In this document: positions 43,726 through 53,585 of the stretch, in pieces
Position numbering within the stretch: position 1 is the first letter of the stretch
How the letters are laid out: every line of letters starts with the position of its first letter
Assembly (NCBI GenBank): GCA_016839555.1
Contig: JAEOUA010000011.1
Location: 224,001 to 288,000, forward strand
Origin: Promethearchaeota archaeon
GTDB lineage: Archaea; Asgardarchaeota; Lokiarchaeia; Sigyniarchaeales; SOKP01
Length of the DNA stretch: 64,000 nt
Direction: 5' to 3'
Made by a program: the position numbers and the translations under genes
Notes under the pieces: model-generated
What the model saw: the letters and a program-made list of their open reading frames with translations, nothing else
Told to the model about the DNA's origin: nothing
Databases searched by the model: none

Positions 43726-44571
43726 ATGAAAATAGAAATTCGCTGCCCAACCTGCAGCAAAATAGGTTTTATTGAAGTTTCCGAGGATAAACTTAAAGAT
43801 GTATCACGGGGATTATTAGCTATAAATATATCAGAAAATATTGTATGTAAACATTCTTTTGTGGCTTATATTGATAAAAATTTAGAGGTTCGGGATTGCT
43901 TCCAAGCAGATTTTCAGATTGAAATCCCGGTACTGGAATCGGCAAAACCTGGAGAGGCAGAAGAAGCCTTTGAGAAGGAAAAATTTGATTTAATATTAAT
44001 AAAATTGAATTTTCCAGCAACTTCAATAGCTTATTTATTAAAAGGGATTTTATCTAAACAGAAATTAGCTATTATAAATGACCAAAAATTCTTAGAATCT
44101 CACTTAAGAAATTTTATAGAATCCATTTCAGAGGGGACTTTTAAGCCGCATGTGGAAATAATTCCCCGAGAAATCTATATTAATAATAAGAAAAATTATG
44201 CTGATTATGTTATATTGGACGAAAATAAAATAATTCAAAATGAAGAGCGCGTATTAAATAATAGCGAATTAAATGTTGAAAGAACTATTGTTCAGAAATT
44301 TTTGTTGGAAATAGATGAAATGGCCAGTTTTATTATTCTTAGAAATGAGCTTGAAAAAGCATACTCATTAGCAAATTCAATTACCGAATTAATTAATAAT
44401 TTCGAGGGGAAAGAACTTCAATCAAAAAAAATTATTGATTATCTAGTCAAAAAACATAATATCGATATCAAAATTCCTTATCTCAACTTTTTATTAGCTA
44501 TTGTACAGAATTATTTTGGCATTGAGGTTCCAAGAAGTTCAGAAGTCGGAAATTTCTTGGGATTTTTGTAA
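43726..44571 (+). CDS. Hypothetical protein with N-terminal Zn-binding domain
   Basis: CPTC...CKHSFVAYIDKN..VRD. Confidence 0.7.
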   Translation: MKIEIRCPTCSKIGFIEVSEDKLKDVSRGLLAINISENIVCKHSFVAYIDKNLEVRDCFQADFQIEIPVLESAKPGEAEEAFEKEKFDLILIKLNFPATSIAYLLKGILSKQKLAIINDQKFLESHLRNFIESISEGTFKPHVEIIPREIYINNKKNYADYVILDENKIIQNEERVLNNSELNVERTIVQKFLLEIDEMASFIILRNELEKAYSLANSITELINNFEGKELQSKKIIDYLVKKHNIDIKIPYLNFLLAIVQNYFGIEVPRSSEVGNFLGFL

Positions 44572-44811
44572 AAATTAAGAGAAGTTTCTTATTTCCTTTT
44601 TATTTGCATTTTATTATTTATAAAAAATAAAAAAAGTAAAACTTAATTCGTGAAACGTCTCTTTCACGTTACTTTAGATAGACCCAGATAATATTGAATT
44701 TTTTAAAGTAAGATTTCAAGTGAAAAAATTTAGATTTGAGATGTTCTACTATGTTGAAGTTCCATTCTACTATATTAAAAAAATTTTGATACTGAAGAGG
44801 AAAAAGAAAAG

Positions 44812-44911
44812 TGCGCCCGCCGGGGTTCGAACCCGGGTCACGAGGAATTTACAGAATAACTATAAGTCTCTTCCTTGGCAACCTCGCATACTGCCACTAT
44901 ACTACGAGCGC
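44812..44911 (-). tRNA. tRNA-Gly(GCC) with a 29-nt intron (44847-44875) at canonical position 37/38
   Basis: Acceptor GCGCTCG/CGGGCGC-A, anticodon stem CGAGG/CCTCG, T-loop GTTCGAAC; bulge-helix-bulge: TTGC:GTAA helix, bulges CAA and ATT, outer helix GGAA:TTCT. Confidence 0.95.
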
Positions 44912-44958
44912 TTAAATACTTGAGCTATACTATTTTGAATATAGGAAAAAATTAAAAT

Positions 44959-45969
44959 TTAATGTAAAATCTTGGAAATATTTTGCATTAAGCTATGACT
45001 TTCGACAAATTCTTCTAAATCCTCATAGCAATTAGGAACTCCCTCCCTTACACCTGCCTCCTGGCTCTCAAGATACCCCATAGAAGTAGCAACTTTTGCC
45101 ATTTGTTGTAATGGAATATTTCTCAAATATGAAACAATTAATCCACTTAAGAATGCATCTCCCGCACCCGTGGTATCTTCTACCTTACCGTCATAGACAT
45201 CACTCCTAATAATTGTTTCTCCATCCGATAAATATGAGCCATTTGATCCATCAGTAATCGCAATTATTTCTATTCCCAAATCTGCAAAAGAGCTAATGAT
45301 ATTGCCAAGATCTTCTTTTTTTGTAAATTCTTTAGCTTCCTCTTTATTTAATGAAACTACATCAGATTTAGAAATTAAGATTTTTGCCCATTTTTCATTA
45401 TTTTTAATAATACTCATACTAGGGGCCGCAAAAACGTGTCCATTATGACTTTTTGTAAGCATTATAGCTTTATCAATCGCTTTGCAGGAATCTTCCTTAG
45501 TTAGAGAGGTCCAGGCAAAGACCTTCACATCATCAAATAATTCTTCTTTTATATCATTTGGAGTTAATAAATCATTTGCTCCTTTATACGCAAGAATACT
45601 TCTATCTTTACCCCATTCTGTTTTTAAGATGATTGAAATCGCGGTATGATCCTCGTTCGTTTTTATAATATTTGATAAATCAACCCCCCGCTTTTCCATA
45701 TCATCCATACATATTTGAGCAGAAAAATCATTTCCCAAAACACCGATATAAGTGGATCTTAATCCTAACATCGCACCATTGCATGCAATGTTCGCCGCAG
45801 ACCCTCCTGGTACGAAGCGAACGCTTTCAACATTTAATTTTCTACTATATTCGATAGCAGTATATTTCTTAATTATATCTTTATCAAACAACTCAAACCG
45901 GAGAATATCTTTTATTCCTAAAATGCAATCGAGTGTACAACTTCCGATTGTTATTAATTCTGGCTTCAT
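44959..45969 (-). CDS. PfkB family carbohydrate kinase
   Basis: GGSAAN, N..EA, DTTGAGDAF. Confidence 0.92.
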   Translation of the reverse strand: MKPELITIGSCTLDCILGIKDILRFELFDKDIIKKYTAIEYSRKLNVESVRFVPGGSAANIACNGAMLGLRSTYIGVLGNDFSAQICMDDMEKRGVDLSNIIKTNEDHTAISIILKTEWGKDRSILAYKGANDLLTPNDIKEELFDDVKVFAWTSLTKEDSCKAIDKAIMLTKSHNGHVFAAPSMSIIKNNEKWAKILISKSDVVSLNKEEAKEFTKKEDLGNIISSFADLGIEIIAITDGSNGSYLSDGETIIRSDVYDGKVEDTTGAGDAFLSGLIVSYLRNIPLQQMAKVATSMGYLESQEAGVREGVPNCYEDLEEFVESHSLMQNISKILH

Positions 45970-46166
45970 ACTTTTCTATTTAATTTTTAATTGGAATATA
46001 ATCAAATTTAAGATAAAATAAGGAATACCCCTAAAAATATTTTTAGAACTAAATAAAAAAGAGTAAAATTAGAGAAAAAATAATTTCAGTTTTCCATATT
46101 TACTTTTATAATTCTCTGTTTTTAAATCTAATTTAAAAAAATGTGTATAATTATTTCCAAAGAATT

Positions 46167-47033
46167 TTATAGTTTAGCACCACAATATTGACAAAAATTT
46201 TGATTTGGATTTTCAATTTTTTTACCACAATTAGGACAATAATTAAGATTATAACCTCTTGAGTGAGTTGTCTCTTCGGGAGTCTCAATAGCATGTGGGA
46301 TTTCAATAGGCATTCTGACTCTGAAATCTCTTCGATCATAACTTTTTTGCACTCCTTTTCCATATCCAAAGGACATATTTTTCATTCTTTTTAATATGAT
46401 AAAAATAAGAGCAATAACTATAATAGTTATATAAATAATAAACTTAATATTAAATATAATAAAATCTCTTGTAGATACTCTTATTAATCCTTCTATAATT
46501 CTTATTAGATCGGCCAACGCAACAATAAAATGCCCAGAAACTTGAATCCAGCCAGCAATAAAAATGTAATAATCCTTATTTTTATATCCATGAAAAATTA
46601 AAAAAAGCATACCAATAATGAATAAAATATCTGGAATGAGATAATAAATAAAAATCCCAAAAATAGAAAAAAATGGCATTATATTATAATAAAAACTTAT
46701 CCAGCTTGATACAAGCAATAATATTGAAGTTATTAAAATAAAACTCCCAAAATTATGTCGATTTTGCTTTGAATAATTTAATAGAAGAATAATTCCAATA
46801 ATTATCAAGATATTAATTACCAAATAAGCTAGAAAAGTATAAGTTAGAGATAGAAAAATTAATAACATGATGATTGAGACTAATCCGAATATACCATAAA
46901 TCATTAAATACACTTTATTAGTTATGAGTTCGTCATTTTGTGTTATTGATGAAACAATGATAAAACTATAATATAATAGAGGAATCACGCCATTACTAAT
47001 ATAAAATAAGATCGAATATGGCATTTTTGTCAA
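46167..47033 (-). CDS. Multi-pass membrane protein with C-terminal zinc ribbon
   Basis: About 7 TM segments; CPNCG...FCQYCG. Confidence 0.75.
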   Translation of the reverse strand: MTKMPYSILFYISNGVIPLLYYSFIIVSSITQNDELITNKVYLMIYGIFGLVSIIMLLIFLSLTYTFLAYLVINILIIIGIILLLNYSKQNRHNFGSFILITSILLLVSSWISFYYNIMPFFSIFGIFIYYLIPDILFIIGMLFLIFHGYKNKDYYIFIAGWIQVSGHFIVALADLIRIIEGLIRVSTRDFIIFNIKFIIYITIIVIALIFIILKRMKNMSFGYGKGVQKSYDRRDFRVRMPIEIPHAIETPEETTHSRGYNLNYCPNCGKKIENPNQNFCQYCGAKL

Positions 47034-47262
47034 ATACTCTCTTGCTAAATAGATTTTAATTATAAAATAATGTATATGATTTAAAAATTTTGAAACTAAG
47101 AAGAGAATGAGAATTTTTATTTTGATTGAAAAAATTCATTAATCATACCAATTAAAATAAAATATGAAATAGAATAGATTTAAGATTTAGATAAATAATA
47201 TATGCTCTTAAAGGATTTTATTAGAACTAATAAAAAAGACTCGTGGGAGGAAAAAATTGCAA

Positions 47263-47889
47263 TTAATCCTTAGATTTGAGCTTTTCTAATTCTTTTTCTA
47301 ATTCGTCGATTTTCTCATCTGAGGCAACACTTGGAAGTGAACTTGATACTTCAGCACCAATCTCGGCATCTATTTCTCCTAAAAGTTCTTTTACATCATC
47401 ATCAGATACTGCAGTGTCCATCGTTATGTTATCAGTAGCATCAGCAGTGATTTCTTGGGTCACTTCGAAATCTTGAATATCAAGATCGATGCTTGACATT
47501 AACTCTGTAATTTGCGGGATGGAAAGGTTTGCCTTTAACGCTGAAACTGAATTTGCAATAGTTTGCACGATTTTTGCTACATCATGGACAGCATCTGCCT
47601 GCTCCATTTTAAAAACGAGACCTTCGAGGTTGGTTCGAAAAGTGTCAATTGCACGTGCCTGTTTTTTAGTTTGTAAATAATTTCTGGCGTTAAATTTTGC
47701 ACCATTCATATCCCCTTGTTTTCGAAGGTTTACTGCTTTATCACGTGCTTGCTTGGCGCTCATTTCTAATTTTTTGGATTGTCGCATTAATCTTTTATTA
47801 AAAACTCGTAATTTGATTGCTGCAGATCGAACAGAATTATCAGTTTTTCCACCTGTGAGCCAATCACTTACTCGTTTTAGAAAACCCAT
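47263..47889 (-). CDS. ESCRT-III subunit, Vps2/24/46 (Snf7 family)
   Basis: Basic N-terminal helical hairpin, acidic C-terminus, terminal MIM1-like helix DELEKELEKLKS; divergent from vps4. Confidence 0.88.
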   Translation of the reverse strand: MGFLKRVSDWLTGGKTDNSVRSAAIKLRVFNKRLMRQSKKLEMSAKQARDKAVNLRKQGDMNGAKFNARNYLQTKKQARAIDTFRTNLEGLVFKMEQADAVHDVAKIVQTIANSVSALKANLSIPQITELMSSIDLDIQDFEVTQEITADATDNITMDTAVSDDDVKELLGEIDAEIGAEVSSSLPSVASDEKIDELEKELEKLKSKD

Positions 47890-48149
47890 CTTCTATTTCT
47901 CCATTCTCCTTATTATTATTAATATATTTAAGAAAAAAATATCATTCTTCTATATAATAAAAAAAAATTAATTATATAAACTTAATTTAAAGTTAGTGAA
48001 CTCTACTATTTAAAATTATATTATCTTAATTTAAAAAACTACTTTAGTCCATTTTTTTAGTCCAGTATTTTTATATTTAAAATAAATTTAATTAAAATAA
48101 TTTCTATTCTAATAGTAATAAAAAGAATAAAACGAATCATTTAGTAATC

Positions 48150-49349
48150 ATGTCCAGTTTTGATTCAAAATTATATCAGTTCGCGGTGAAAGAAGCAAAC
48201 GAAGCCGTTGCATATGATGGAAAAGGGCAATATCGGCAAGCCATAAACAAATATCAAAGAGCTGCTGAAAGTTTAATCCAATTTATTAAATATAATAACA
48301 ATCAAATTATGATTAAAAAATGTAAAAAACAAATAGAAGAATATCTCGACCGTGCAAAACTTTTAAAATCTCATCTCAATGGGGCAAGATCAATAAAATC
48401 AGCTACTGATAGAGATATCAAAGAAGCTGGTGGAGAAGGAGAAATATCCGACGAGGAACGAGAAATATTGGATATGATTAGTGGAACTATCATAACAGAA
48501 TCGCCCAACGTGAAATGGTCTGATATTGCGGGACTAAAAAGTAGTAAACAAGTTCTAAGGGAAGCCATCGTATTACCCATTATGAAACCCAAATTATTTA
48601 CAGGAGCACGAAAGCCTTGGTCGGGAGTTTTATTATTTGGACCACCGGGATGTGGAAAAACATTATTAGCTAAAGCAGCCGCCTCAGAATGTAAGGCGAC
48701 TTTCTTTAGTGCATCTTCTGCAGATTTATTAAGTAAATGGCTAGGAGAAAGTGAAAAATTAGTTAGCGCTTTATTTAAAATCGGTCGTTTAAGAGCTCCG
48801 AGTTTAATTTTTATTGATGAAATAGATTCTCTTGCCACAAAAAGAGGAGAAGGCTCGGAAAGTGGAGGTGAACGTAGAGTAAAAACCCAACTTCTTAGTG
48901 AAATTCAAGGAATGAAAACCACAGAGAATAAACCTATGTTAGTTTTGGGCGCTACAAATCGTCCATGGGACCTTGATAATGCGATGCTCAGCAGATTTCA
49001 GAAAAAAGTATATGTTCCTTTACCGGATCTTGAAGCAAGAGCGGAGATCTTTAAGATTCACACCAAGGGAGTAAACATGGCTTTAGATGATGAAGACTTT
49101 ATTGAATTAGGTGTTAGATCAGAGAGATATTCTGGGAGAGATATTTCCAATGTCTGTAGAGAGGTCATAATGATGCCCATTAGAGAATTAGATGCTTCAG
49201 GGATGTTAGAACATCCTGAGCAAGAGGTTAAGGTTAGAGATATTACACTTGATGATTTTAAAAAAACTCTAAAAAAAGTGAAACCTATGATGGACAACAA
49301 AGATTTGGCAAGATACGAAGATTGGGCACAAAAATACGGGGAATATTAA
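48150..49349 (+). CDS. vps4: Vps4 AAA+ ATPase (MIT + AAA)
   Basis: MIT domain (AV..D....AI..Y...EYLDRA), PNVKWSDIAGL, GPPGCGKT, SKWLGESEK, IDEID, GATNRPW. Confidence 0.93.
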   Translation: MSSFDSKLYQFAVKEANEAVAYDGKGQYRQAINKYQRAAESLIQFIKYNNNQIMIKKCKKQIEEYLDRAKLLKSHLNGARSIKSATDRDIKEAGGEGEISDEEREILDMISGTIITESPNVKWSDIAGLKSSKQVLREAIVLPIMKPKLFTGARKPWSGVLLFGPPGCGKTLLAKAAASECKATFFSASSADLLSKWLGESEKLVSALFKIGRLRAPSLIFIDEIDSLATKRGEGSESGGERRVKTQLLSEIQGMKTTENKPMLVLGATNRPWDLDNAMLSRFQKKVYVPLPDLEARAEIFKIHTKGVNMALDDEDFIELGVRSERYSGRDISNVCREVIMMPIRELDASGMLEHPEQEVKVRDITLDDFKKTLKKVKPMMDNKDLARYEDWAQKYGEY

Positions 49350-49375
49350 TATAAACAAAATGACGAGGATTAAAG

Positions 49376-50296
49376 ATGGAAAAACAAAGAGATGAAGTAA
49401 AAGAAATTTCAAAAGAGCTTAAAGAAAAAGCTGATAAAGAATTAGAAAGACTCAGAAGAGAGTTATATCGTTTAAGAAAACTAAAAGAGCAAAAAGAAAA
49501 AGAAAAAAAAAAAAAGAAAAAGAAAACCGCTACCGAAGAATTAACTAAAGAATCTGCTTCATCTGTTTCCGAAAAACCAAAGAATATTAGCGGAGTAAAA
49601 GAAATTGAAGAATCATTTGAAGAGATTGATTCTTTATTAAGTCAAGAATTAGAAAAAGAGAATCACAAAACTTATGAAAAAAATGCGAATTATATTGAAA
49701 CCCAATTACAAAAATTAGAACAAGAAATAATTGGAGAAACGGGTCTCATTGAAGAGGAACTTTCGCCTTATGAAAAATTATTAGATGAATATCCTTGGTT
49801 GGAACAACCTCGATATGAATATATGTTTCATATCCCGAATAAAACAAAAAATCCAAATGATTTCGAATCCTGGGTCAATGAATGGAGTAAAATTTTATTT
49901 GATTATGCCAAATATGCGATTTTACATATCCTTTATTTGAGGCAGTTATACACAGAAGCCCCATTTTCTAAATTTGAGAATCGAAAGCAAGCAATCAAGG
50001 AAATTAGTAATTGGTTGGTAAAGCAAGATTTAGCAAGGTGGCTTTCAAAGAAAAAGGAAAAATTAAGGGTGTATTGGAAAACTTTGGATTTAATGGCCGA
50101 AGAAATTTATGACTGGGCTTATGATAGCGGGAAATTAGAGCCAATACTTATTTATGAAATTAGGGAAGCCAAAAAGGAATTTAATGGTCTTCCAAAAGAC
50201 GAATTTGAAAAAATATTTGAAAAACTTTCAGAACAAAATAGAGCAGAAATAATAAAAATAAAAGATCGGATTGCTTTAAAGATCCTTCTCGAATAA
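49376..50296 (+). CDS. vps25: ESCRT-II Vps25 with long N-terminal coiled-coil/Lys-rich extension
   Basis: W..EWSKILFDY, ARW....RVYWK...IYDWA..G....IYEI match Vps25 winged helices; downstream of vps4. Confidence 0.8.
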   Translation: MEKQRDEVKEISKELKEKADKELERLRRELYRLRKLKEQKEKEKKKKKKKTATEELTKESASSVSEKPKNISGVKEIEESFEEIDSLLSQELEKENHKTYEKNANYIETQLQKLEQEIIGETGLIEEELSPYEKLLDEYPWLEQPRYEYMFHIPNKTKNPNDFESWVNEWSKILFDYAKYAILHILYLRQLYTEAPFSKFENRKQAIKEISNWLVKQDLARWLSKKKEKLRVYWKTLDLMAEEIYDWAYDSGKLEPILIYEIREAKKEFNGLPKDEFEKIFEKLSEQNRAEIIKIKDRIALKILLE

Positions 50297-50617
50297 TGGA
50301 AATTTCTTTTCCATAAACTTAAGAATTTTTTCCCTTTTATAATGATTACAGAATGCTGAATTACAATCAAAGGGGTGATGACATTCGTTAATATGCCCGA
50401 ATTCGCAGAACATACACGAAAATATTTCATCGTCAAATAATTCTCTTTCATCTCTGGGACAAAAGGCGTGACCATATTGAAGGGTGATCATCCTTCTGAG
50501 ATTTCTGAGTTTTATTTTATCGTAAGCGGATTTCTCTTTCTTCTCTTCTAAGCGTTTGACTGCTTTAATGATGGTTATAATTGCTTCTGCGTGGTGATTG
50601 CTTATTTTTTGAGCCAT
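50276..50617 (-). CDS. Cys/His-rich hypothetical protein overlapping the left att site
   Basis: CPRD..CMFC..GH..ECH....C....CNH. Confidence 0.7.
   Translation of the reverse strand: MAQKISNHHAEAIITIIKAVKRLEEKKEKSAYDKIKLRNLRRMITLQYGHAFCPRDERELFDDEIFSCMFCEFGHINECHHPFDCNSAFCNHYKREKILKFMEKKFPLFEKDL
50277..50296 (+). repeat. Left attachment-site-like repeat (current 3' end of vps25)
   Basis: taaagatccttctcgaataa = K-I-L-L-E-stop. Confidence 0.8.
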
Positions 50618-50620
50618 TGT

Positions 50621-50815
50621 TTAGATCAGTCCCCGTTCTTTGAGTGGATTTTTACGGTGGCATTCATAACATTCGTCATAATCGGGTTCAATATCTCCGT
50701 AGCCACAATAAGGGCAGTGCAACACTCCATCCATTACTGCGGTTTTCAACATATCGAGGAGTCCTTTTTGCGTTATTTCTCTTTTTACAAAATTTTTATT
50801 CATTTTTGGTTTCAT
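50621..50815 (-). CDS. Small double-CxxC zinc-ribbon protein
   Basis: CPYC...EPD...CYEC...NPL. Confidence 0.72.
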   Translation of the reverse strand: MKPKMNKNFVKREITQKGLLDMLKTAVMDGVLHCPYCGYGDIEPDYDECYECHRKNPLKERGLI

Positions 50816-50867
50816 CTCTTTTTTGATTTTTAAGGTTTTTTATTGGTTTATTTGGTGTTTGAAAAAA

Positions 50868-51149
50868 TTAGAATTTGCCCCATAAATGCCGATATTTATC
50901 GTTTTCGTCTTTACTGCGGGGGGCGTATTTTTCGGCGTGTTTCTGGGCGATGTAAAATATTGAGTTTCTGGTGTGTCGTGCCTTAAAAAAGCATTCTCTA
51001 TCGCAAAACGTGAAACCAAAGGGATCGATGAAAAAAGATTTCTCTATCTGGATCTGCTTTGAACAATAACAGCAATAATAAGTTTTTGTTGTGTGTTTGT
51101 TTCGGGGTAAGTAAAATAAGTTAATCTTTTCTAACTTTTCGTCAAACAT
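50868..51149 (-). CDS. TRASH/FCS-type zinc-finger small protein
   Basis: CCYC...FCDREC. Confidence 0.68.
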   Translation of the reverse strand: MFDEKLEKINLFYLPRNKHTTKTYYCCYCSKQIQIEKSFFIDPFGFTFCDRECFFKARHTRNSIFYIAQKHAEKYAPRSKDENDKYRHLWGKF

Positions 51150-51171
51150 TATTACATAAATGAGGCAATCC

Positions 51172-51201
51172 TTTTTAAATCATAATAGGGTAATGATTTA
51201 G
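51172..51201 (-). promoter_or_regulatory. Shared promoter motif copy A
   Basis: Coding strand ctaaatc-attacc-CTATT-atg-ATTTAAAAAG; TATA ~22 nt before the ATG at 51149. Confidence 0.55.
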
Positions 51202-51221
51202 AATAATTGAACTTAATCTCA

Positions 51222-51282
51222 TAATCTATGAGCATTTCAAATATTGTTTTATAATAAAATGGAGTTTTCTACTCATAGATTA
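51222..51282. repeat. 11-bp perfect inverted repeat, 39-nt spacer
   Basis: taatctatgag / ctcatagatta. Confidence 0.7.
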
Positions 51283-51643
51283 GAATAAAGAATATTTTGA
51301 ATAAAATCTCTCCTGCTATATACAATTTCTTAATCATTCTCATCAATAGAATTGGAGAAGATACAAAATAAATAAAAAACTAGTAGTTCTTTTTCAGGTA
51401 AAAGCTAAAAATTTCAATCTTCATCCGATCCTTACCAAAAAATATATTTAAATTTCTTTACCTGAGCAAAATAAAAATCTCTCGTTAATATCCCAAAAAA
51501 GAATTTTGGTGTTTTAATTCTGTGTGGTAAAATTCAATAATATCTTAACAATGTTAATATTGATCTTAACTTATAAAAAAAAAGTAAAAATAGGAAAAAA
51601 CAAAAAAATGTAAGTATAAATAGGAAATTTTTGGATCTTTAAC

Positions 51644-51868
51644 CTAATTTCCCAAAAAAATACGATTCAATTCCACCTCGAAATTAATACCATTTAATCT
51701 CTTAAGCATTGTTTTAAGTGTTTTAAATTTTTTAATTGCTTCTGCTGTTGTTTTACTGCTTGTGTCACATAAATGAAAAATAGTTTGGTCGTCATCTGGG
51801 TGTTCTATTAAATATTTCGTTAAGGTAAAAATTTTTTCTATTAGCGAATTTATTTGATCTTTATTCAT
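51644..51868 (-). CDS. Hypothetical protein
   Basis: 74-aa ORF with upstream promoter motif. Confidence 0.6.
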   Translation of the reverse strand: MNKDQINSLIEKIFTLTKYLIEHPDDDQTIFHLCDTSSKTTAEAIKKFKTLKTMLKRLNGINFEVELNRIFLGN

Positions 51869-51916
51869 TTTATTTGATTAGATTTTTGTTTATTATGTAT
51901 AAACATACAATATTCA

Positions 51917-51947
51917 TTTAAATAATGAAATAGCGTGGTGGATTATT
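51917..51947 (-). promoter_or_regulatory. Shared promoter motif copy C
   Basis: Coding strand aataatc-caccacg-CTATT-tcat-TATTTAAA. Confidence 0.55.
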
Positions 51948-52083
51948 ATAAATATATCCGATCTTTAACTTTATAGATATTTCAAATCGTCTTGTGAGGG
52001 GAATAGAATCCATTTTTTAATAGTTTAGTAAAATAAAGAAAAAAAAAATAGAAAAAAAAAGAAAATATAAGAGTTTAAAATGG

Positions 52084-52428
52084 TTAGAATTTGCTATATA
52101 TCACCTTTCCCGTTAATCTGTCAAAAATCTTTCTGCATGTTGGACAAATAAGATATTCTCCGTTGTCAAATAACTTATTCTTGCATAAACAATCAAATTT
52201 GGTTTCCTTAAGGTTTGATAAATCCATCTTCATTTTCTTTTCTCCGATTATGGTATTTATAATCTCTTTAAACTTTGGAATCCATTTTAGCAATAAGATA
52301 TAGATGGATTCTTCTAAAGTTTGCTTTTCTAAGGGTTCTAAATTGTAGATAAAGGTATATCTCTCTTCTAAAAATTCTATTATTTCATCTGTCATAATGT
52401 CTAAGGTTTTATTAACCAGTGCGTTCAT
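52084..52428 (-). CDS. Hypothetical protein with C-terminal zinc ribbon
   Basis: CLC...CPTC; overlaps the upstream ORF. Confidence 0.6.
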   Translation of the reverse strand: MNALVNKTLDIMTDEIIEFLEERYTFIYNLEPLEKQTLEESIYILLLKWIPKFKEIINTIIGEKKMKMDLSNLKETKFDCLCKNKLFDNGEYLICPTCRKIFDRLTGKVIYSKF

Positions 52429-52735
52429 CTCCTTTTTGCTGTGAAATTTGGGGTTGATGAGAAAAGATATTCGGTTTATGGTTTTGGGCGATCCATTTTC
52501 CGATATCTTTAAAAAAATGGGTAATATCTCCGTTGTGAAAGTCGATTTTGACTAATTGCATTCTAATCTGCTGATGGATGGCGGGATCACAATGTTTAAT
52601 ATACTCAATGATGACCCCTAAAGGCATATAATGATATGTGTTATCATCGTCAATAAACTCGAAAGCAGTTGCTTCTGCGTCTATCTCCTTTTCTTCCAAT
52701 AGTCGTTCTAACCATTTGTTAAATTGAAGGCTCAT
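52412..52735 (-). CDS. Phage/plasmid-type hypothetical protein
   Basis: KWL...EEK.ID...LVKIDFHNGD..HFF pattern, recalled from mobile-element hypotheticals and not verified. Confidence 0.7.
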   Translation of the reverse strand: MSLQFNKWLERLLEEKEIDAEATAFEFIDDDNTYHYMPLGVIIEYIKHCDPAIHQQIRMQLVKIDFHNGDITHFFKDIGKWIAQNHKPNIFSHQPQISQQKGDERTG

Positions 52736-52756
52736 ATAATATAAATAGAGTTCTGG

Positions 52757-52786
52757 CTTATTAATGTGAATAGACTAATGATTTAG
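52757..52786 (-). promoter_or_regulatory. Shared promoter motif copy B
   Basis: Coding strand ctaaatc-attagt-CTATT-cac-ATTAATAAG; 16/18 identical to copy A; TATA ~21 nt before the ATG at 52735. Confidence 0.55.
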
Positions 52787-52995
52787 TTATTTTCATCTGG
52801 ATTTTTCTATTTTTGGAATAATTCGATTATAAGATATACATTGAAAGAAAAAAAATGAAAAAATTTTGAAATTCAATATTCTGTAATAGAAAATTTCACA
52901 TTAAAGGAATTATCTTTATAATAATTGAGGAGAATTGAGAATTTTTATTCTCATTTATTCTCATATTTTCAGCAAAAAGGAAAAAAAAGAGTGAA

Positions 52996-53220
52996 TTAAA
53001 ATATAGGTATTTTAGATTTAGGAAATTTTATAGAAGGGTTATCCATTCTGAAAGTTATATAATCATCTGGGTTACGAGTCAATGCGTTCTCAAAATCATA
53101 ATTCTTGATATTCTCGATCAGTTCTTTTGTTAAGAGTTCTTTGAGTTGTTCATTAGAATACTGAGAAGTGTTAATACCTAAATCTTGAGTGCTTAGTTTA
53201 ACTTTAAAGATTGCTTCCAT
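52996..53220 (-). CDS. Hypothetical protein
   Basis: 74-aa ORF with upstream promoter motif. Confidence 0.6.
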   Translation of the reverse strand: MEAIFKVKLSTQDLGINTSQYSNEQLKELLTKELIENIKNYDFENALTRNPDDYITFRMDNPSIKFPKSKIPIF

Positions 53221-53290
53221 TTTGGCTTCCTTTTATTTTTATATGAGGTATTAATAATAGTTTTTATTGAATTTATTTAAACAAAAATCC

Positions 53291-53321
53291 TTTAAATACT
53301 AAAATAGAGCATTAGATTATT
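53291..53321 (-). promoter_or_regulatory. Shared promoter motif copy D
   Basis: Coding strand aataatc-taatgct-CTATT-ttag-TATTTAAA; 24/31 identical to copy C. Confidence 0.55.
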
Positions 53322-53585
53322 GTAAAAATTAAAAAAAGAATTAAGTAAAAAAAGAAAAGAAAATTTCTGTTTCTAATATATATTTGGTCTCCCATCTTGC
53401 CATAGTCTTATAGTAAGAATAGGAATGATATATATCTTGTTTCTGGATCTCATAAACAGAATCGCTTAAAATAATTCTTATACCTTTATTCACCATTAAG
53501 AATTGAATTTTTTTTATTCTATTGCTGAGATTTTATATTCCTTATTTTAAAGAAAGTTTCATAAAACAGAGCAAAATCTTTTTTC

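Noticed and set aside
41650-44911. tRNA-Val and tRNA-Gly as integration sites
   Set aside because: No duplicate of either 3' end seen in the window and no integrase nearby
44720-44923. 67-aa ORF
   Set aside because: Antisense to tRNA-Gly
47173-47190. aatag-N6-gatttag match to the element promoter motif in host DNA
   Set aside because: No correctly spaced TATA box or start; kept as a caution that partial matches occur by chance
49503-49515. A13 run in vps25 as a slippage or phase-variation site
   Set aside because: In frame, encodes poly-Lys, and long A/T runs are common throughout the window
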